This document shows, piece by piece, positions 26,557-32,000 of a stretch of DNA of 32,000 nucleotides; position 1 is the stretch's first letter, and each line of letters opens with the position of its first letter. Under the pieces are notes generated by a model, which was not told the DNA's origin, searched no databases, and saw only the letters and a list, made by a program, of their open reading frames with translations. The stretch spans positions 60,001 to 92,000 of the forward strand of contig NC_010632.1 in NCBI RefSeq assembly GCF_000020025.1, read 5' to 3'. The translations under genes and the position numbers were made by a program. Origin of the DNA: Nostoc punctiforme PCC 73102 (lineage in GTDB: Bacteria; Cyanobacteriota; Cyanobacteriia; Cyanobacteriales; Nostocaceae).

Positions 26557-29500
26557 ATGAAAACTACATTAACTGCACTTCAAATCGAAGGAAATCTACT
26601 AGCTCCAGATATGACTGCCCAAATGTTAGAAGGCAGTATCAAAGGGCAATCACCTGAAGACTTTGGGTTTAACAAAACTGACAAATTAGCAGATGAAATT
26701 GCTACTGCTTGGGGCGATGCTAAAGCATATTGGGCAGCATTCCAACGGGCATTGGCAAGGCTAGATGAAAATAACTCGGCTACAAGTATTACTCGTGAAT
26801 TATGGGCAGTGCCATTATTACAGAGTCTAGGTTATGACCCCGTATATACTGCAACTGCCGAGGTAGTGGAGGATAAAACTTATGCAATTTCCCACCGTGC
26901 AGAACCGGGGGAAAATAAACCACCCATCCACATTATTGGTTGTCGGCTAGAAGTTGATAAACGTCCTCCTAGTGGTAATCCCCGGCTATCAGCACACGCA
27001 CTGGTGCAGGAGTATCTTAACAAGACAGAACATTTGTGGGCGATCGCTACCAATGGTTTTCGTTGGCGGTTACTGCGCGATTCTTCGCTGATGACTCGCC
27101 TTACTTACGTTGAATTTGATTTAGAGCAGATTCTTAACGGCGAGAACTTTGCTGAGTTTGGATTATTTTATCGCCTGTTTCATCGTTCCCGCTTGCCTGA
27201 AGGTGTGGATGATGCAAACAAGTGTTTGTTGGAATATTATCACCAAGAAGCACTGCAACAAGGGGGACGGGTACGCGATAAACTTCGGGATGGGGTAGAA
27301 AAAGCATTAATTGGGCTAGGGAATGGTTTTCTACAACATCCCGCAAATGAGCATCTTCGACAAAAGTTTGCAGATGGCAGTTTGAAAGATATTGATTACT
27401 ACCGTCAATTGTTACGGTTGATTTATCGCTTACTATTTTTGATGGTGGCAGAGTCCCGTAATTTGCTATTCGTTACAGATGATTTAGAACAAGTTCGGAT
27501 CTACCGTGAATACTACAGCATTGAGCGACTGCGAGAGTTATCCGAACGTCCCCATTGGCGGCGGGAAGGATTTCAAGATTTATGGCAGGGTTTGTGGGTT
27601 ACTTTCTTACTATTTGATGAAAACTGGCGCGGAGAGGTATTAGGGTTATCTCCCTTAAATGGTGACTTATTCGGTTCTACAACTCTACCAGCGTTAGAGA
27701 ATTGTGCAATTGACAATTATGATTTACTTCTTGCTATTCGCCAATTATCGCTGTACCTAGACAAGGCACAACTGCGGCGGGTGAATTATGAATATCTTGA
27801 CGTGGAAGAGTTGGGCAGTGTTTATGAAAGTTTGCTTGATTTTCATCCCCAAGTAGTACAGAAGCAGGGCAAATACGAATTTGCGTTAGTGTTTGGTAGC
27901 GATCGCAAAACTACTGGTTCTTACTATACCCCACCACAACTAGTACAGCAGCTAATCAAAACTGCGCTAGAACCTGTCATTGAAGATAAATTAGCTCAAG
28001 TTCGTAGCCAAGCTTCTACACCATCCAGCCCGGATGAACTAAAGCATAATTTAGAAAAAGGTTTACTCAGCCTCAAAATTTGCGATCCTGCTTGTGGTTC
28101 TGGACATTTTTTATTAGCAGCAGCGCGTCGTGTTGGTAAGGAACTTGCTAAAGTACGCACTGGGGAAGCAGAACCAGGAAGTGAACCTTTAAAATTTGCG
28201 ATGCGAGATGTTATCCAAAATTGTATTTATGGGGTGGATTTAAACCCCTTAGCAGTAGATTTGTGTAAGGTAGCATTATGGATTGAAGGCTTTCCAGGTA
28301 AATTACCACTTAGCTTTTTAGACCACAGAATTAAATGCGGTAATTCCCTTGTTGGAGTTTCGGACATTAACTGTCTGGATGAAGGAATACCCGATGAAGC
28401 GTATAAAGCTGTGACTGGGGATGATAAGAAGTTAGCTACACAGCTTAAAAAGCGTAATAAGAAAGAACGCGAAAATAAAGGACAATTATCTATAAGTGAA
28501 ACTTTAGAACCTAAACGAACACACTATGCAGAAAGTGTGCGGGAGTTAGGTAATATTGCTGAATTAACTCCGCAGCAAGTAAGAGAAAAGCAAGAACGAT
28601 ATCAACAAACTCGTAGAGATTCAGAATGGTGGCGTGATTATTCAGCCTGTAATTTGTGGACTGCGGCATTTTTTATTCCGTTAACAGAACAAAACTTACA
28701 GTTATTACCGACAACAGAAACGTTAATTCAGCTTTTACGTAGCAGTTTACCAAACCAAATAATAGTAGATGCAGCAAATCAGTTAGCTGAAGAAAAACAT
28801 TTTTTTCACTGGTGTCTAGAATTCCCTGAAGTATTTGAAGTGGGTGGTTTTGATTGTATATTAGGTAATCCGCCTTGGGAACGTATTAAGTTACAAGAAA
28901 AGGAATTTTTTGCTTCTCGTAGTGCTGCAATAGCAAATGCTGTAAACAAAGCAGCACGGGAAAAGTTGATTAAAGAATTACCAAATAAAAATCCTGAGTT
29001 AGCACAAGCTTGGGAAGAGACTAGGCATGATGCAGAAGCACAAAGTAAATTTATCCGCGAATCAAGTAGATTTCCACTGACTGCTGTGGGAGATATAAAT
29101 ACTTATGCTGTGTTTGCTGAGACAACAAGAAAGTTGATTTCAGCCAATGGAAGGATTGGTGTAATTATTCCTACAGGAATTGCTACTGATTCAACTACTT
29201 CAGCATTTTTTCGAGATTTAGTTGAATCATTAAGCCTTCAAGGAATAATAGGTTTTGAAAATGAAAGATTTTTATTCTCAGGAATTGATCACAGAGTATC
29301 CTTTTGTATGATTTTTCTTGGTGGAGCAGAATGTAAATTTAGCAAAATGAACTTCTCGTGGTTTGGTTGGAATATTTCACAAGCAACTCAAGCTGATAGA
29401 CAAGTAACTTTAAGCAAATCGGACTTTAACAAAATAAATCCTAATACATTTAACTGTCCGATTTTTCGTACTAACGCAGATGCTGAACTAACTAAGAAAA

Positions 29501-30432
29501 TTTATCACAGGATACCTATTTTAGAAAATGAAGTTACAGGTATTACACCTTGGAATATTTCATTTATACGTATGTTTGATATATCAAATGATAGTCATTT
29601 ATTTAAAAACAAAGAAGAAAATGGATTACTTACACTCTATGAAGCGAAGATGTTTTATCAATTCGATCATCGTTACTCAAGTTATGAAGGAGCAACTCAA
29701 GCTGATTTAAATGTTGGTATATTACCAAAGCCATCAGTAGAAGCTAAACAAAATCCTCATTTTTTTGTTAAGCCTCGTTACTGGATCAACAAATCTGAGA
29801 TAGAAAATCGGTTAGATAGTAAATGGGAACAAGATTGGCTGTTAGCATTTAGAAGTATTGGGCGTTCAAATAATGAACGAACTGCTATTTTTAGTGTTTT
29901 ACCTAAAGTCGCTGTAGGGCATAAAGCACCACTTACATTAGTTAATAAAATTTTTATTCCATTAATTACTTGTTTATTAGCTAACTTCAATTCCTTAATA
30001 TTTGATTATGTAACTAGACAAAAAATGGGTGGGACTGACTTTAGTTATTTTATTCTTAAACAACTACCTGTTATTCCTCCAGAAGCATATACTCAAGCAA
30101 ATATTGAGTTTATTAACACTCGTATAATCGAATTAGTCTACACCGCCTGGGATATGCAACCCTTCGCCAAAGACATGGGATACAACGGCGAACCCTTTAT
30201 TTGGAACAGCAATAGACGTGCATTATTAAAAGCAGAATTGGACGCATATTACGCCAAACTCTACGGACTTACCCGTGATGAACTGCGGTATATTCTTGAC
30301 CCTGCGGATGTATATGGTGAAGACTTTCCTAGCGAAACATTCCGTGTCTTGAAGAATAACGAAATTAAGCAGTTTGGGGAATATCGTACACAAAGATTAG
30401 TTTTAGAGGCATGGGACAGAATGTTTGGATAA
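26557..30432 (+). CDS. drmMI: large N6-adenine DNA methyltransferase (Eco57I/PglX-like), DISARM class 1 DrmMI-like
   Basis: 1291 aa. GSYYTPPQLV, SAM motif ICDPACGSGHFLL and catalytic ILGNPPWERIK (motif I before motif IV, gamma-class order). Context: between the SNF2 and DrmA-like helicases. Confidence 0.8.
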   Translation: MKTTLTALQIEGNLLAPDMTAQMLEGSIKGQSPEDFGFNKTDKLADEIATAWGDAKAYWAAFQRALARLDENNSATSITRELWAVPLLQSLGYDPVYTATAEVVEDKTYAISHRAEPGENKPPIHIIGCRLEVDKRPPSGNPRLSAHALVQEYLNKTEHLWAIATNGFRWRLLRDSSLMTRLTYVEFDLEQILNGENFAEFGLFYRLFHRSRLPEGVDDANKCLLEYYHQEALQQGGRVRDKLRDGVEKALIGLGNGFLQHPANEHLRQKFADGSLKDIDYYRQLLRLIYRLLFLMVAESRNLLFVTDDLEQVRIYREYYSIERLRELSERPHWRREGFQDLWQGLWVTFLLFDENWRGEVLGLSPLNGDLFGSTTLPALENCAIDNYDLLLAIRQLSLYLDKAQLRRVNYEYLDVEELGSVYESLLDFHPQVVQKQGKYEFALVFGSDRKTTGSYYTPPQLVQQLIKTALEPVIEDKLAQVRSQASTPSSPDELKHNLEKGLLSLKICDPACGSGHFLLAAARRVGKELAKVRTGEAEPGSEPLKFAMRDVIQNCIYGVDLNPLAVDLCKVALWIEGFPGKLPLSFLDHRIKCGNSLVGVSDINCLDEGIPDEAYKAVTGDDKKLATQLKKRNKKERENKGQLSISETLEPKRTHYAESVRELGNIAELTPQQVREKQERYQQTRRDSEWWRDYSACNLWTAAFFIPLTEQNLQLLPTTETLIQLLRSSLPNQIIVDAANQLAEEKHFFHWCLEFPEVFEVGGFDCILGNPPWERIKLQEKEFFASRSAAIANAVNKAAREKLIKELPNKNPELAQAWEETRHDAEAQSKFIRESSRFPLTAVGDINTYAVFAETTRKLISANGRIGVIIPTGIATDSTTSAFFRDLVESLSLQGIIGFENERFLFSGIDHRVSFCMIFLGGAECKFSKMNFSWFGWNISQATQADRQVTLSKSDFNKINPNTFNCPIFRTNADAELTKKIYHRIPILENEVTGITPWNISFIRMFDISNDSHLFKNKEENGLLTLYEAKMFYQFDHRYSSYEGATQADLNVGILPKPSVEAKQNPHFFVKPRYWINKSEIENRLDSKWEQDWLLAFRSIGRSNNERTAIFSVLPKVAVGHKAPLTLVNKIFIPLITCLLANFNSLIFDYVTRQKMGGTDFSYFILKQLPVIPPEAYTQANIEFINTRIIELVYTAWDMQPFAKDMGYNGEPFIWNSNRRALLKAELDAYYAKLYGLTRDELRYILDPADVYGEDFPSETFRVLKNNEIKQFGEYRTQRLVLEAWDRMFG

Positions 30433-30483
30433 GCTAAAATATTATGTTTATTTGCTCACTTGATTAAATTTCAACTTTTTTCT

Positions 30484-30933
30484 ATGTTTAACAACAACGA
30501 TCTTATAGAGAAAAATAAAGAACTCAAAGAACAAATAAAAAATTCTAGAGATGCTTATCAAGCTAGATTCATCCGCAATCAGTACACAAATAATCTCATC
30601 ATAGCTTTATCACTTATATTAAAAGTTCTAATTGCCGTAACTGGTACTAGCCCAGCTTTTAAAGATGCTAAAAACCCTTGGGCTGCTCCACTTGGAGTTT
30701 CAGCCTCAGCTTGGTTAGGGCTAATATCAACTGCACTTGTAAGTATTCAAAGACTTTACAACATTCAAGAAAAAATTGCTTTCTATCCTGCTTATATAGT
30801 TAAAGCTGAAGAACTACTTGAAGATTTTAATGCTATTACAAACCAAGAAGAACTAGAGTCTGTACGCAAGCAATTTAGACAAATGCGTGCAGATGAGGCA
30901 CTCAAGCGACCTATAGAACGTTCAAATATTTAA
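30484..30933 (+). CDS. small two-transmembrane-helix protein (SLATT-like topology)
   Basis: 149 aa from the first ATG; the track start 30460 is a TTG. Two hydrophobic spans, LIIALSLILKVLIAVTG and AAPLGVSASAWLGLISTALVSI, are flanked by charged helical segments. The stop lies 13 nt before the drmA-like ATG. Confidence 0.55.
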   Translation: MFNNNDLIEKNKELKEQIKNSRDAYQARFIRNQYTNNLIIALSLILKVLIAVTGTSPAFKDAKNPWAAPLGVSASAWLGLISTALVSIQRLYNIQEKIAFYPAYIVKAEELLEDFNAITNQEELESVRKQFRQMRADEALKRPIERSNI

Positions 30934-30946
30934 AACTCTAAAAATA

Positions 30947-32000
30947 ATGAAACTCCCAATTAAACTTCAGGACTTATTACAGCAAAATGAAAGTGCAATT
31001 GTAGCAGCCAGCACGTTTCTTAGCCAAAAACTAGCATTGTTAGATTGTACAGGTGTGGTAACTGTCACTTCTGAACAATTAGCTCTGTTATTTTCTAGCA
31101 TTCCTGAAGATTGGGATTTCCAAGAATTTGAAGAACTTCTCAACATATCTACTGTTAATCCTATTTTCTATCACCAACTGCAAGAATGGATTAATCAGCG
31201 ATTAGGAAATACTCAAGCCGAACCTCCAAGTACGAATGAAGAATTAGCAAATACTAACGATCTCGATATTTTTAACTTCCGCAACGAGGTAATAGACGAC
31301 TACCGCCGTTATATAGAAAGCTTTCTCAAAATCCGCGATCGCAAAGTCAAAGAATTTGTAGATGCAGAATTAGACAAGGGACAACTTTGGACTGATCCCT
31401 TAGTACAACTCAATCCCAGTTATAAAAAAGGTGCAACAGCCAAAGAATTAGTACAACAGCAAATTCTTCATCCAGACTCTGAGAAATACTTTTGTAGAAA
31501 AGACGGTACACCTTTTACTTTTCACTACCACCAAAAGCAAGCATTTGAAACTGCACAACGCCAACAACCTTACGTTGTTACCACAGGAACAGGTTCCGGT
31601 AAAAGCATGACTTACGTCGTGCCGATCTTTGATGATTTATTGCGTCATCCCGAAATTTTAGGAGTCAGGGCAATATTGGTTTATCCCATGAATGCCTTGA
31701 TTAACTCACAAAAAGAAGAACTCGACAAATTTTTACGCCAAGTTCCGAATACTCATATTCGTGTTGAAAAATACACTGGGCAAGAAAGTTTAACCAGGAA
31801 AACCGAAATTCAAAACAATCCACCCCATATTTTACTCACCAACTATGTGATGTTAGAGTTAATGCTCTCACGCACTCACGAAAATAAACTGGTAGAGTCT
31901 CCCAATTTAAAATTCCTGGTACTGGATGAATTACACACCTATCGGGGACGACAAGGCGCAGATGTTGCTATATTGATCCGCAAACTCCGTCAGCGTAGCA
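30947..32000 (+). CDS. drmA: DEAD/DEAH-box helicase, DISARM DrmA-like, 5' partial (continues beyond the window)
   Basis: Not in the ORF track because it has no stop in the window. I translated it by hand from the ATG at 30947 and found the frame open to 32000. Motifs: VVTTGTGSGKSMTY, LVYPMNALINSQ, ILLTNYVMLE, LVLDELHTYRGRQGADVA. Confidence 0.8.
   Translation, partial: MKLPIKLQDLLQQNESAIVAASTFLSQKLALLDCTGVVTVTSEQLALLFSSIPEDWDFQEFEELLNISTVNPIFYHQLQEWINQRLGNTQAEPPSTNEELANTNDLDIFNFRNEVIDDYRRYIESFLKIRDRKVKEFVDAELDKGQLWTDPLVQLNPSYKKGATAKELVQQQILHPDSEKYFCRKDGTPFTFHYHQKQAFETAQRQQPYVVTTGTGSGKSMTYVVPIFDDLLRHPEILGVRAILVYPMNALINSQKEELDKFLRQVPNTHIRVEKYTGQESLTRKTEIQNNPPHILLTNYVMLELMLSRTHENKLVESPNLKFLVLDELHTYRGRQGADVAILIRKLRQRS

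Noticed and set aside
1-32000. Search for tRNA, rRNA, tmRNA and CRISPR arrays
   Set aside because: I saw no T-loop-like GGTTCGAATCC-type sequences or cloverleaf candidates in the intergenic regions. I also saw no regularly spaced direct repeats of 25-40 bp. A by-eye scan cannot exclude small ncRNAs.

Overview
This looks like an accessory region (plasmid- or island-like) of a filamentous-cyanobacterium-type genome. I saw at least 16 HIP1 octamers (GCGATCGC) by eye, and the sequence is AT-rich with many non-ATG starts. All calls come from reading the supplied translations and the DNA; no database search was run.

- **1-7.3 kb:** mostly hypothetical genes. Also an Rpn/DUF4351-like protein, an XRE regulator, a frameshifted secreted thermonuclease, and a divergent extra IF-3 (infC) copy that needs a non-canonical start codon.
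- **7.4-13.8 kb:** a photolyase/cryptochrome-family gene is cleanly split by a 4,824-bp Tn3-family transposon. The transposon has 49-bp perfect GGGG-type IRs and a 5-bp CACTA duplication. It carries a frameshifted tnpA, a tyrosine recombinase and an HTH-zinc-ribbon gene.
- **13.8-16.2 kb:** a Mo-nitrogenase-C-like gene, an HU gene, and a visibly G+C-richer ABM monooxygenase plus DJ-1/PfpI pair.
- **16.4-21.5 kb (minus strand):** an AT-rich two-helicase operon. It encodes an exonuclease-RecQ fusion (WRN-like domain order) and a UvrD-like helicase interrupted by one in-frame TAG. I consider this the best candidate for an undescribed system.
- **21.8-23.4 kb:** a 1,641-bp IS with a 9-bp duplication separates that operon from the DISARM locus.
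- **23.7 kb to window end:** a divergent class 1 DISARM locus, drmD then drmMI then drmA (which runs off the window). An extra, very AT-rich 2-TM SLATT-like gene sits between drmMI and drmA.

No tRNA, rRNA or CRISPR array was recognised.
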